Below are positions 17,978-27,229 of a stretch of 64,000 nucleotides of DNA, one piece after another. Every line of letters starts with the position of its first letter. Positions within the stretch are counted from its first letter, which is position 1. The position numbers and the translations under genes are program-made. The stretch is from Candidatus Sericytochromatia bacterium (GTDB lineage Bacteria; Cyanobacteriota; Sericytochromatia; S15B-MN24; JAQBPE01), in contig JAYKIL010000015.1 in NCBI GenBank assembly GCA_035284745.1, forward strand, positions 106 to 64,105, in the 5' to 3' direction. Under the pieces are notes generated by a model. It searched no databases. It saw only the letters and a list, made by a program, of their open reading frames with translations, and was not told the DNA's origin.

Positions 17978-18826
17978 ATGGTTCGGACGTTTTCGGGCGG
18001 AATGGCTTTGGTTCTGCTCTGGAGCCTCTTGGCTGCAGGGCTGCCTCAGGCGGAAGCCCAGATTATTTTGCTGCCATGTCCGGATTGTCCTCCTGATATG
18101 GGCCAACCGATACCCATCCAGTCGGGTCTTCGACATCAATTTTTAGAGCCAGGGGATGATGACCCAGAATTACGAGATGTTGCCCTGTTTGAGGCGATTC
18201 GCGACGGTCATTTGAGTTACGTGCAGGCTTTGGCCGCCGCCGGGGTGAGTTTGACCCATCGTGATCAAAATGGCTTGATGCCGCTGGCGTGGGCGGCGCA
18301 ATACGGGCGATTGGATATTCTCAATTACCTGCTCGCCCGCGGTGTCCCCCGGAACCCGATGGACCATTATGGTTTCACACCCCTGATGTGGGCTGCCCAG
18401 CAGGGTCAACGCCAAGTGGTGCGGGCTCTGCTTCTCGCGGGCGCGAATCCACGGGTTCGGACCCGTCGAGGTGTGGATGCCTTGGCACTCGCTCGGGTCG
18501 CGCGGCATGTGTCTGTGGAGGCCCTGTTGCTGGATGCCTTGGCGGGGCGGTTGACGCCCCCCACGCCGCTTCCGTCTCCGGGCGTTGTTCCCACCCCGCC
18601 GCCTCCCACCCCTCGTCCTTTGCCCAGCCTTGCGCCGACCGCTGCGCCGGCCGAGGAGACGGCTTCTCCGGTTGCCAGCGGCGCGGTCACCCTTCCAGAT
18701 TCATTGGAGCCGTCGTTGGGCGCTTCGGAGACCCGCGACACGGTCGCGTCCGATAATCTGACCCCTGTTTTTGAGGGGCCCTCCAGCAGTGAAACCGTTT
18801 CTCCAGCGCCTCCGGAGGCCGATTAA
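17978..18826 (+). CDS. secreted ankyrin-repeat protein with Pro-rich tail
   Basis: ATG 17978 behind GGAGGAGAAGG. Signal peptide MALVLLWSLLAAGLPQAEA. Ankyrin units (NGLMPLAWAAQYGRLDILNYLLARGV, YGFTPLMWAAQQGQRQVVRALLLAGANP). C-terminal PTPLPSPGVVPTPPPPTPRP. Confidence 0.85.
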   Translation: MVRTFSGGMALVLLWSLLAAGLPQAEAQIILLPCPDCPPDMGQPIPIQSGLRHQFLEPGDDDPELRDVALFEAIRDGHLSYVQALAAAGVSLTHRDQNGLMPLAWAAQYGRLDILNYLLARGVPRNPMDHYGFTPLMWAAQQGQRQVVRALLLAGANPRVRTRRGVDALALARVARHVSVEALLLDALAGRLTPPTPLPSPGVVPTPPPPTPRPLPSLAPTAAPAEETASPVASGAVTLPDSLEPSLGASETRDTVASDNLTPVFEGPSSSETVSPAPPEAD

Positions 18827-19002
18827 GGGGCGTTGGCCTTCTTTCGTTTGGGGTTCTCGTTGGTCAAGGGCCCGCAGGCTGTGGTATCGTAGAAGGGTGA
18901 TTCCTCGGCCAGCGATAATTCGCCTCGCAGCCTCGACACAGCCTGGCGCTCGGGAATCGGTTGACGCTTACCCGTTTCACCATTGTGGGGTCCAACGCGC
19001 TA

Positions 19003-19314
19003 ATGACCAAAAAGAAAGAGTCCAAAAAGTTTCCGTACGTCGACCGGATTGATGAGTTGACGCCGTTTCGTGAGCAGGCCGGTGGTTTTCTGTCTCCTGA
19101 AGGGGCCGCCAAAATTCTGATGACGACACGCTCGCAGATTGCTCTGCTTGAGACCCGGGGCGAAATCACCGGCTTTCGTCTTCGTGGAGGCAGTGCTCCG
19201 GAAGCCAAGGACATCGTTTTCATTTCCCACGAGAGTGTCAAGGCATACGCGGTGCGCAAGAAGGCTGCGGATGCGGCCAAGGCTGAAGCGAAACAGCCCG
19301 TCGCTGCCGAGTAA
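19003..19314 (+). CDS. small helix-turn-helix (excisionase/MerR-like) DNA-binding protein
   Basis: 103 aa from ATG 19003: MTKKKESKKF...LSPEGAAKILMTTRSQIALLETRGEITGFRL... It is followed by a clean + strand terminator. Confidence 0.6.
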   Translation: MTKKKESKKFPYVDRIDELTPFREQAGGFLSPEGAAKILMTTRSQIALLETRGEITGFRLRGGSAPEAKDIVFISHESVKAYAVRKKAADAAKAEAKQPVAAE

Positions 19315-19344
19315 GTCTTTCGGCGCACGGAGAGTTTGTTCGAA

Positions 19345-19377
19345 CCCGGGGCGATGCTTTCACCCCGGGATTTTTTT
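19345..19377 (+). terminator. intrinsic terminator
   Basis: CCCGGGG-cgatgctttca-CCCCGGG-A-TTTTTTT. Confidence 0.75.
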
Positions 19378-19424
19378 GGGGAACGACCAACTCGCTCGCT
19401 TTCAGCCCTTTTTGGGAGCATTTC

Positions 19425-21476
19425 GTGTCCGAACCGGATGATGTTATTGCGAAACTGTTCGATCAAACCAGATTGGTTGGTCGTTTTCGGCGTCGGAGTG
19501 CTGTAGATGTCATTGTGACTTGGGACGATGTCCGTGCCGTAGAGCCATTGGCCCGGGCTGTTGTGGAGCTGCGCGATGATCACGTGCAGAGGAAAGCACT
19601 GGACCGTCTGGGCCAACTGACTGAGCAAACGGCCGTTGATGTCGTATGTGAGGTATGGGCAGACACGCGGCACCCGCTTCTGGACGCTTTGATACGTGAG
19701 AAGGGGTGGTTGGCCGCTTATCAGGAAAATGTCCGGATTCTCGGCTTGTTGGCGCGCGGTGAGGCAGAGTCTTTGATGGGCGTCAATCGTGACGGCGCGG
19801 CGTTTCTGGTCGCCGCTGCCTCGGATCGTGATCCACACCTCGCTGAGGCAGCCGCGCGTGTCTTGACGCAGTTGCAGCGCGCGGATGCGGTCGATGCCCT
19901 GGTAGAGATGGCCTTGGAACACGATGATCTTCGCGCGTTGCAGGCGATTCGGGACGGCGGTTACAGTGTTGCAGATCCTTCAGTGTCCGCCGTCTTGCTG
20001 ATTCTGACTCAGCAACTCACGGCTTACGAGGCCCACGACCCCACGGGCGCCCACTTGGCGGATGCGCTTCAATCGGCCCCTCTTCCGAGGCGCCATCAAC
20101 TGGCTTTGAAGGCGCGGGAACATCGCTTGGCTCCTTGGGCCTATGCGTTGCGACGACTTCCACCGGGCGAGATTCTGCCTGTCGAATGGGACTGTCTTTT
20201 AACGGTTTTGTTGTCCCACGGCTCGTATGAGGATATCTGGCGTTGGTCGGTGCGTGCTTCGGTACCGGTCGCCTTGGGGTATGTTCGTGCCCTTGTTGCG
20301 GCTGACTGGTCCCCCGCGCTGAATGCCCCTGATGCGAGGCTGTTTCGGAAACTGGCGGGCCTCCAAGAGCGGTGTGAGGGTGAACCCGACGCCTCGGGCG
20401 AGCGAATTATCGCCAGCAATATTTTTGAGGGGTCGCCCGGGCACGCGACGTTGCTTGCGGTGAGCTCCAACTGGCACTTTATGGCCGTTGGGGGTGACCA
20501 CGAGGCGGTGCGCGTTTTTTCTTTGCCGGACGGCGAGCCGGTCGCCTCGTTGGATGGGTTACCTGGCTGGACCCGGGCCGTGGCTTTCGGCGGGATGGGG
20601 CGATTGTTGGCGATCGCCACCATGAACAACCGCACCCGGGTGCATCGCATTCCGGATGGTGAAATTGTGGCATCACTGGAAACGCCGGATGTTTCGGTGA
20701 TCGCGATGCGCGGTGACGGACGTTTGCTGGCTGCCTCTTGCGGTGCGCGAATCGACTTGTGGGATGTGGAACGGGAGCGGATTGTTCACGCGATTGGGAA
20801 TCAGGGACGAACGGTTAAGCGCATCGAAATGGGCCCGCGTGGCCGTGCCCTGGCTGCGTGGGGCAGTGATGGGGTCACCCGGGTATGGTCTCTGCCAGAC
20901 GGGGCCCTGCTGACCGCTTTCGACGGGGCGGAGGGGGGGCTGGCCGCTCTGGCTTTCAATGCTGATGAAACCCAGCTCGCCATATCGGATCGCGGCGGTA
21001 TACTGCGCGTTTACTCGTTGCCCAGCTGTGAATTGCTGTGCGAAGTGTCTACGGAGACAAAGGCGATTCGTTCTTTGGCGTTTCGCCCTGACGGGGACGT
21101 GATTGCGGTTGGAGGGCACGACCATTTCGTTCGCTTGGTGGCACTGCCAGAGGGAGAATTGTTGGGGCAGGTTGATGGCTACGCGGGGGCATCCGTGCTC
21201 CAATGGAACAGTTTGGGGCAGCTCTTGACCGGGGCCGTGGAAGGAAACCGTACGGCCCGGATTTGGTTTCCGGCCCTCCCTCCGTTGACAGCCCTCGCCG
21301 TTCAGCATGCACGAGCGGATGAAATTGCCTGGGCGCAACGCCGCCACCAGGACCCTCAGTTGCCGCGCCAAGACCGGACGTGGCTCACTGCTTGGGGCAC
21401 ACTGGTCATGGCCCTGCGCGGGGCCTTGCCTCGGAAAGAAGAACCCGTTCAGAGTGAAACCGGGACATCATTTTGA
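19425..21476 (+). CDS. HEAT-like repeat + WD40 beta-propeller protein
   Basis: 683-aa ORF (GTG, GGGAG SD). Helical-repeat N-terminal half. C-terminal blades: VRVFSLPDGEPVASLDG, TRVHRIPDGEIVASLE, IDLWDVERERIVHAIG, TRVWSLPDGALLTAFDG, LRVYSLPSCELLCEVS, VRLVALPEGELLGQVDG. Confidence 0.85.
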   Translation: MSEPDDVIAKLFDQTRLVGRFRRRSAVDVIVTWDDVRAVEPLARAVVELRDDHVQRKALDRLGQLTEQTAVDVVCEVWADTRHPLLDALIREKGWLAAYQENVRILGLLARGEAESLMGVNRDGAAFLVAAASDRDPHLAEAAARVLTQLQRADAVDALVEMALEHDDLRALQAIRDGGYSVADPSVSAVLLILTQQLTAYEAHDPTGAHLADALQSAPLPRRHQLALKAREHRLAPWAYALRRLPPGEILPVEWDCLLTVLLSHGSYEDIWRWSVRASVPVALGYVRALVAADWSPALNAPDARLFRKLAGLQERCEGEPDASGERIIASNIFEGSPGHATLLAVSSNWHFMAVGGDHEAVRVFSLPDGEPVASLDGLPGWTRAVAFGGMGRLLAIATMNNRTRVHRIPDGEIVASLETPDVSVIAMRGDGRLLAASCGARIDLWDVERERIVHAIGNQGRTVKRIEMGPRGRALAAWGSDGVTRVWSLPDGALLTAFDGAEGGLAALAFNADETQLAISDRGGILRVYSLPSCELLCEVSTETKAIRSLAFRPDGDVIAVGGHDHFVRLVALPEGELLGQVDGYAGASVLQWNSLGQLLTGAVEGNRTARIWFPALPPLTALAVQHARADEIAWAQRRHQDPQLPRQDRTWLTAWGTLVMALRGALPRKEEPVQSETGTSF

Positions 21477-21491
21477 GATCAGCGGCCTCGT

Positions 21492-23000
21492 TCAGGCCCC
21501 GTGGCTCACGTCCCAATTCCGCGACCTTTCAACCGCACGTTGCCAACCGGAGTAGAGCGATGCGCGCTGAGGTGAGGACAGAGATGGCTCGAAGCGTCTG
21601 TCGCCCGATTGAAGGTGACTGAGTGCTTCTTGGCTTTCCCATAAGCCCGTGGTCAATCCTGCCAGGGCAGCAGCGCCCCAGGCGGTGCTCTCCACTTGGT
21701 TCTGGCGTACCACCGAGACCCCCAAAACATCGGCTTGAAATTGCATTAGAAAATTGTTGGCTGTGGCGCCGCCATCCACGCGCAATTCCGCAAGGGAGAC
21801 CCCACTGTCTTTCGCCATGGCATCAAGAATATCGCGGGTTTGGTAGGCAATCGCCTCCAGGGTGGCCCGCGTGATGTGAGCGCGGGATGACCCCCGCGTC
21901 AGGCCCACGATCGTGCCCCGCGCAAAACCGTCCCAGTAGGGCGCCCCCAACCCGACGAATGCAGGCACCAGATAGACCCCACCGGTATCGGGCACCGAGG
22001 AGGCCAACGCCTCACTGTCGGCCGCCTGGGTGATGATACCCAACCCGTCCCGCAACCATTGCACGGCCGCACCTGCCATAAACACACTGCCCTCCAAGGC
22101 GTACAGTGGGGGGGCGCCCTCCCGTTGCCAGGCCAGGGTCGTTAGCAGACGATTGCGACTCGGCACCGCTTTTCCCCCCGTGTTCATGAGCATAAAACAA
22201 CCCGTGCCGTAGGTGTTTTTGGCTTGTCCCGCCTCAAAACAGTTTTGTCCAAACAAAGCGGCGTGTTGATCACCCGCGATGGCCGCAATCGGAATGCCCG
22301 CGGGCAGTATTTCAATCTCTGCCGTGTCGCCAAATTTGCAACCGCTCGGGCGAACCGTTGGCAGTAAGGGCGCCGGGATTCCAAAGGTTTCAAGCAGCTC
22401 TTCACTCCAGGCCAAACGGTGTATATCGAACAGCATCGTGCGGGAAGCGTTCGTGACATCCGTGCTGTGAACTCGCCCCGCCGTCAGGTTCCACAGCAGC
22501 CAACTGTCAATGGTTCCGGCCGCGAGTCGGCCTTGCTCGGCCGCTCCCCGGGCATCAGGAATGTGCTCGAGCAGCCACGCTAACTTGCTGGCAGAAAAAT
22601 AAGCGTCAACCACAAGGCCCGTTTGTTCCGTGATTGTTTTTGCAACAGGGCTGTTTGCAAGCTGTTGACACTGTTCGGCGGTGCGCCTGCATTGCCACAC
22701 GATGGCGTTGTGAAGAGGTTTGCCCGTTTCTCGATCCCAAAGAACGACCGTTTCTCGTTGGTTCGTGATTCCGATACCCGTCAACTGATGGCCGTGAAGG
22801 TTGGCAGCGCTCAGGGCCTCTCGAATGGCTCGCAAGGTGCGGGTCCAAATTTCGACGGCATCGTGCTCGACCCACCCGGGTTGGGGGTAGTGTTGGGTAA
22901 TTTCTTGGTATCCCTTGCCAATGGGGCGCCCTTTGACGTCAAAAATGATAGCTGTACTGCCCGTTGTGCCTTGATCAATGGCGAGAATGTAGCCTGCCAC
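21492..23000 (-). CDS. glpK: glycerol kinase
   Basis: ORF open to 23075. GTG 23000 behind AAGGAG gives 502 aa starting VAGYILAIDQGTTGSTAIIFD, then QHYPQPGWVEHDAVEIW, GITNQRETVVLWD and FGTGCFMLMNTG-type motifs. Confidence 0.95.
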   Translation of the reverse strand: MAGYILAIDQGTTGSTAIIFDVKGRPIGKGYQEITQHYPQPGWVEHDAVEIWTRTLRAIREALSAANLHGHQLTGIGITNQRETVVLWDRETGKPLHNAIVWQCRRTAEQCQQLANSPVAKTITEQTGLVVDAYFSASKLAWLLEHIPDARGAAEQGRLAAGTIDSWLLWNLTAGRVHSTDVTNASRTMLFDIHRLAWSEELLETFGIPAPLLPTVRPSGCKFGDTAEIEILPAGIPIAAIAGDQHAALFGQNCFEAGQAKNTYGTGCFMLMNTGGKAVPSRNRLLTTLAWQREGAPPLYALEGSVFMAGAAVQWLRDGLGIITQAADSEALASSVPDTGGVYLVPAFVGLGAPYWDGFARGTIVGLTRGSSRAHITRATLEAIAYQTRDILDAMAKDSGVSLAELRVDGGATANNFLMQFQADVLGVSVVRQNQVESTAWGAAALAGLTTGLWESQEALSHLQSGDRRFEPSLSSPQRASLYSGWQRAVERSRNWDVSHGA

Positions 23001-23020
23001 AAAGGTCTCCTTCGCGGTGA

Positions 23021-23539
23021 TTAATGTTTTTTGGGGTGGGGCGTGAGCGGTTCCGGGGTGATAACGTCGAGCCACCCTTTAGGGGCCTCTAGCTCGATGG
23101 CTACGGCGCCATTGGGTTCGAGTGCGTAGAGCTGTCCACTCAAGGTGATCGGGTCACCTCGTTTCAGTCTGATGGCGCGGTTCTGTTGTACCCAATAAGC
23201 GAGCGAGAGGGATTCCGCGGGCCGGAATCCAGGTATCTGCTTCAGTGTCACGATGACGCGGCAGGCGTCAGGGTCTAATTGGCCTTTTTGCGGCGGAAAG
23301 ACCTGCTGAACCTCGCCTCGGCAAGACAAAAGCTCTCGCTGCAGCGTTGTGGCGTCTTGTTCAACGGCGACCTGCATTTGGAGGTGGGTCAGGTGGTTGG
23401 CCATGCGTCTGTAGCGTTCCGTGAGTTCAGCGTCTCTGAAGATGATGACCTGACCCAAGGCCAGGGCAGGCGGAGCCACGGCAGCTGTCAAAGCGACGCA
23501 GACTGCGCATACAAACAATCTGAGAGATATGAAGGACAT
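23021..23539 (-). CDS. secreted hypothetical protein
   Basis: 172-aa ORF with signal peptide MSFISLRLFVCAVCVALTAAVAPPALALGQ. No recognised domain. Confidence 0.6.
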   Translation of the reverse strand: MSFISLRLFVCAVCVALTAAVAPPALALGQVIIFRDAELTERYRRMANHLTHLQMQVAVEQDATTLQRELLSCRGEVQQVFPPQKGQLDPDACRVIVTLKQIPGFRPAESLSLAYWVQQNRAIRLKRGDPITLSGQLYALEPNGAVAIELEAPKGWLDVITPEPLTPHPKKH

Positions 23540-23635
23540 CCGCAGGCATTAACCTCAACAGTCGTCCGAGCGACAGGGCTTACTCGTTTGTACCCACTTG
23601 TGCTTGCGGGACACGCACGCCAATCCGGCTTGGTA

Positions 23636-24820
23636 TCAGTTTGGAGGTACGCTGGTCACGGCCTGTCGGAAGGCGGCCACTGTGGGGGTCGGATGTCGGG
23701 TGTAATCACCCGACGCACACTCGACACGATAGAGTCCAAAACGGTTGTCGAAGCTTCCCCACTCATAGTTGTCGGTGAGCGTCCACCAACAATAACCCAG
23801 AATCGGAATTCCAGATTGGATCGCTTGTTTCACCTCGGCGACGTGCGCTGCCAGGTAGCGATCGCCTGTCCATCCGTCGGGACGAGGTTCGTGATTGTTC
23901 GTGGCGAGGCCATTTTCGCCGATCAGAATCGGGAGATTGTAACGTGCATAGGTGTTGTGGATGATCTGCGCAAACCCCTGTGGTCTGGCAGGAAAGCGCG
24001 CGAAGCGCAAGGGAAAATGCAGCAGTTCGAGGGGCGGTATATCCCCGTAGTAATGCAGACCCACATAATCGAGGTGTTTGATGAGTGCCCCCTCCTCGTC
24101 GCCCTCGACTTTGGTGCGCAACACATCGAGAAGATGTCCGGGTTGGTAGCGCAGCCCCACTCCTAGGCGCAGAATGCCAGAAAATTCGCTGATAGAAACC
24201 ATCGCATTGGGCACCACCTCGTGGATGGCTTCATAAGCGCGTTCGTGAGCTTCCACAAGGCTTCGTGCCGCCCGCGCCATCGCGAGCGGGTTTCTTTGAA
24301 AGGGGGGCATTCGCGCCGAAAGGAAACCGCCGACCAGTAAATTTGTGGGTTCATTAAAGGTGAGCCAATAGCGAACGGCGTGTCCGAACTCACGCGCAAT
24401 CAGTCGGGTGTAACGTTCAAAAAGCGCGGCACTTGCCCGGCTTTCCCACCCCGCGCCATCGATTTCGTGCAACCACTGGGGTGTCGTAAAATGATGCAGT
24501 GTGAGGATGACGGCCAGACCACGGTCGCGGGCACCCTCGAGAACTTCGTGCAAAAATGCGATCTCACGGGGGTCGAAACGCCCGGGCTCGGGTTCAATGC
24601 GTGCCCATTCGACGCTTAAACGGACGGCATTGGCACACAGCTCATCTCGCAAGCGGTCAAAGTCATCACGCCAATAGCGTCGAAAGTCCGCTCCCAAGCC
24701 CGAAGCAGCCGGAAAACGTCCGCGTTTCTCCGCCCACGTCCAATCTGACGCCGGAGCCCCCCCATCGTTCTGATGGCTTGAAATGGCGACGCCCCACAAG
24801 GGATTGCTTGCTGACAGCAT
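23636..24820 (-). CDS. glycoside hydrolase family 1 (beta-glucosidase-like)
   Basis: 394-aa ORF. Acid/base WLTFNEP, nucleophile ILIGENG, and C-terminal WWTLTDNYEW. Confidence 0.9.
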   Translation of the reverse strand: MLSASNPLWGVAISSHQNDGGAPASDWTWAEKRGRFPAASGLGADFRRYWRDDFDRLRDELCANAVRLSVEWARIEPEPGRFDPREIAFLHEVLEGARDRGLAVILTLHHFTTPQWLHEIDGAGWESRASAALFERYTRLIAREFGHAVRYWLTFNEPTNLLVGGFLSARMPPFQRNPLAMARAARSLVEAHERAYEAIHEVVPNAMVSISEFSGILRLGVGLRYQPGHLLDVLRTKVEGDEEGALIKHLDYVGLHYYGDIPPLELLHFPLRFARFPARPQGFAQIIHNTYARYNLPILIGENGLATNNHEPRPDGWTGDRYLAAHVAEVKQAIQSGIPILGYCWWTLTDNYEWGSFDNRFGLYRVECASGDYTRHPTPTVAAFRQAVTSVPPN

Positions 24821-25033
24821 GGGGGTATCGTATCAGATGCTTTGCCTCTCTGTTTGTTCGGGAAGTGGATACCTGGCGCCTCGGGGAGAGTTGGTGGCCG
24901 CACGGCAGATTTCGCTTGCGAATTTGCGCCATCCGAGTTCTCATGGTGGCGTTGAATGTGCTTTCGCGGCCTGCGAGGGCATTCGTTGGGCCGCTGAGGG
25001 GCCGTGGCGTCAGCGAAGGGGAAAAAGCGAGTC

Positions 25034-26671
25034 ATGTCAAAAATTCTGATGACACGTGCATTCGCCGGTGCACTGCTTGCTGCCGTCGCGTTGACCGGTA
25101 GCGTGCAGGCGCAAATTCAGTCAGAGCCCCCCATTGAGACGGGCCAGGAACCCCCTGAGGTGATGCGGGAGTTTCGGGGAATGTGGGTGGCGTCTGTCAC
25201 CAACATTGATTGGCCGAGCAAGCCGGGGTTGTCTGCCGATGCCCAGAAGGCTGAATTGCAGACGCTGTTGGATCAGGCGGTGCGATTGAAGCTCAATGCC
25301 GTGATTCTGCAGGTGCGTCCGGCCTGTGATGCTTTGTACGACTCATCACTTGAGCCTTGGAGCGATTACCTGACAGGGCGTCAAGGCGTCCCCCCTGAGC
25401 CTTTTTATGACCCTTTGGCCTACGCGGTGGAGCAAGCCCACTCGCGCGGCTTGGAATTGCACGCTTGGTTTAACCCTTATCGCGCACGATTGTTGGACGG
25501 GACGCCTTCGAAGGCGGCCGGCAACCACGTGAGTGTCAAACATCCGGAATGGGTCCGTAAATACGGGCGATTTTTATGGTTAGACCCGGGTGAGGATGCT
25601 GTTCAGGATCACTCCCTCGCTGTGATGATGGACGTGGTCAAGCGGTATGACGTTGATGCGGTCCATCTTGACGATTATTTTTATCCTTATCGCGAACCTG
25701 TGATCGGTTTGGATGGAAAACCTGCGCGAGATGCAACGGGCCGGGCTCTGCACGTGCCGTTTCCTGATGAAAAAACATTTGCCGTTTATCAAGCCGGGGG
25801 GGGGACACTGTCGCGAGACGATTGGCGGCGCGACAACGTGAATCGCTTCATCAAGCGCCTGTATCGTTCCATAAAACTTGAAAAACCTCATGTGAAGCTT
25901 GGGATCAGTCCTTTTGGAATTTGGAAGCCTGGGCATCCATTGCAGGTCAAGGGGATGAACCAGTATGAGTTTATTTATGCTGATGCTCGTTTGTGGCTGA
26001 TGAGAGGCTGGTTGGACTATTTTGCGCCCCAGCTTTACTGGTCGATCGAAAACCCTGATCAGTCGTTTCCGATCCTTCTGAAATGGTGGGTCGAGCAAAA
26101 TGAGCAGAAGCGCCATGTCTGGCCCGGCCTGTTTACCAGCCGGGTTCGTGAAACAGGGGATCGGGGTTTCAATGCGCGCCAGATTGCCTTTCAAATTTTG
26201 TGGGCACGTTTGCAAAAAGGGGCCTCGGGCCACATTCATTTTAGTGCACGTGCATTGGGTGACCCATCGGGTGCGATGAATCAATTGCTGCAAAAAGAGG
26301 TTTACACCTCTTCTGCATTGATTCCCGCGTCCCCGTGGTTGGCGGGAAAACCCCCGTCAATGCCACGTTTGACGATGTCTAAAAATCTCTTGCGACAGGA
26401 GTTAAATGTGACCTTGCAGGCTCGCGAAGGAACCGAGCCTCGGCTTTGGACGGTTTACGCCCGCCGCGGAGGCCGGTGGTCGACCGAGGTGGTGCCGATC
26501 AACCGAACGGCATTCAGTTACTCACTGGAAGGGCCGCAGGCCATTGAGGCACTTCAGGTGGCGGGGGTCGATCGCCTGGGACAGGAGGGCCCGCGGGCGC
26601 GAATTGTCATGGCGAGGGATCGGGAAAAGCTTGCCGATGGCATTTCTAAGCCTCAAATGTCACCGCGTTGA
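25034..26671 (+). CDS. secreted glycosyl-hydrolase-like family 10 (GHL10/DUF187, YngK-like) protein
   Basis: ATG 25034 gives signal peptide MSKILMTRAFAGALLAAVALTGSVQA. Also REFRGMWVASVTNIDWPS, LNAVILQVRP, HAWFNPYR, VHLDDYFYP. Confidence 0.85.
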   Translation: MSKILMTRAFAGALLAAVALTGSVQAQIQSEPPIETGQEPPEVMREFRGMWVASVTNIDWPSKPGLSADAQKAELQTLLDQAVRLKLNAVILQVRPACDALYDSSLEPWSDYLTGRQGVPPEPFYDPLAYAVEQAHSRGLELHAWFNPYRARLLDGTPSKAAGNHVSVKHPEWVRKYGRFLWLDPGEDAVQDHSLAVMMDVVKRYDVDAVHLDDYFYPYREPVIGLDGKPARDATGRALHVPFPDEKTFAVYQAGGGTLSRDDWRRDNVNRFIKRLYRSIKLEKPHVKLGISPFGIWKPGHPLQVKGMNQYEFIYADARLWLMRGWLDYFAPQLYWSIENPDQSFPILLKWWVEQNEQKRHVWPGLFTSRVRETGDRGFNARQIAFQILWARLQKGASGHIHFSARALGDPSGAMNQLLQKEVYTSSALIPASPWLAGKPPSMPRLTMSKNLLRQELNVTLQAREGTEPRLWTVYARRGGRWSTEVVPINRTAFSYSLEGPQAIEALQVAGVDRLGQEGPRARIVMARDREKLADGISKPQMSPR

Positions 26672-27063
26672 GGTTTTTCCGCGGCCCGAATATCTTCAAG
26701 TTCCACTTCTCCCCAATCATCCATCGTGGCGAGTTGAGGGAACAGCGTCTCGCGCACGCGATGCCGGTCGACCGGATGCCAACCGGCGATGGTAGGCGCC
26801 CGTTTCAGGGTTTCACGGCTTTGTGAGAGATAGACCCGTTGGGCATTACAGTCCAACTGGAGTTGGCTGTGTGGCAATAAGTGGTCTTCACCATCGAGAT
26901 GTAAAATGGCGTCTTTGACACAGCCCGTGTGCATTTCCACAATCAGGTCTTCGATAAAGCCAGCGTGAACTCCGTGGCAGTCATAAACACGCCATCCCCG
27001 GCAATCGACAGTCTCCGCTGGCAAGCGATAACTTCGCAGATCGGCCAAACGCTGATAATGCAA
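26653..27063 (-). CDS. PRC-barrel domain protein
   Basis: 136-aa ORF. CRGWRVYDCHGVHAGFIEDLIVEMHTGCVKDAILHL fits the PRC-barrel pattern. Its 3' end overlaps the convergent gene by 19 nt. Confidence 0.6.
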   Translation of the reverse strand: MHYQRLADLRSYRLPAETVDCRGWRVYDCHGVHAGFIEDLIVEMHTGCVKDAILHLDGEDHLLPHSQLQLDCNAQRVYLSQSRETLKRAPTIAGWHPVDRHRVRETLFPQLATMDDWGEVELEDIRAAEKPQRGDI

Positions 27064-27229
27064 TCGCTGTTCCCCCTCTCATTTTTCGAACTTAGCACCC
27101 CGTCGCCGCGCGGCCAACAGGCGAACAGAGGTCTGTTTTGGCAGGTTCGCTCCTTCATTGTGACCGTGCTAGACTGAGTTTCTGAAAAGCGTTTCTCTTG
27201 GAGAGAGTGACTCTTGGAACTGGGAATTG

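Noticed and set aside
19338-19346. GTTCGAACC resembling a tRNA T-loop. A second case, AGTTCGAAGCC, lies near 1990.
   Set aside because: No acceptor, anticodon or D arms can be drawn around either. The first is the 5' flank of a terminator hairpin, and the second lies inside the O-methyltransferase CDS.
18864-19922. 352-aa minus-strand ORF spanning the HTH gene and the start of the WD40 gene
   Set aside because: Arg/Ser-rich junk-like composition. It is antisense to two coherent plus-strand genes, and it contains a plus-oriented intrinsic terminator (19345-19377). This is typical of GC-rich antisense ORFs.
23279-24166. 295-aa plus-strand ORF bridging two minus-strand genes
   Set aside because: It crosses an intergenic gap and is antisense to the GH1 gene and the secreted protein gene. 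It has no motifs.
25580-26293. 237-aa minus-strand ORF opposite the GHL10 gene. The same logic applies to 20673..21371, 43881..44567, 5654..6304, 6423..7052 and 55253..55882.
   Set aside because: All are antisense to genes with clear domain signatures, and their composition is typical of non-coding frames in GC-rich DNA.
26653-26671. 19-nt overlap of the convergent GHL10 and PRC-barrel genes
   Set aside because: Real but unremarkable. Short 3' overlaps of convergent genes are common, and I infer no functional significance.
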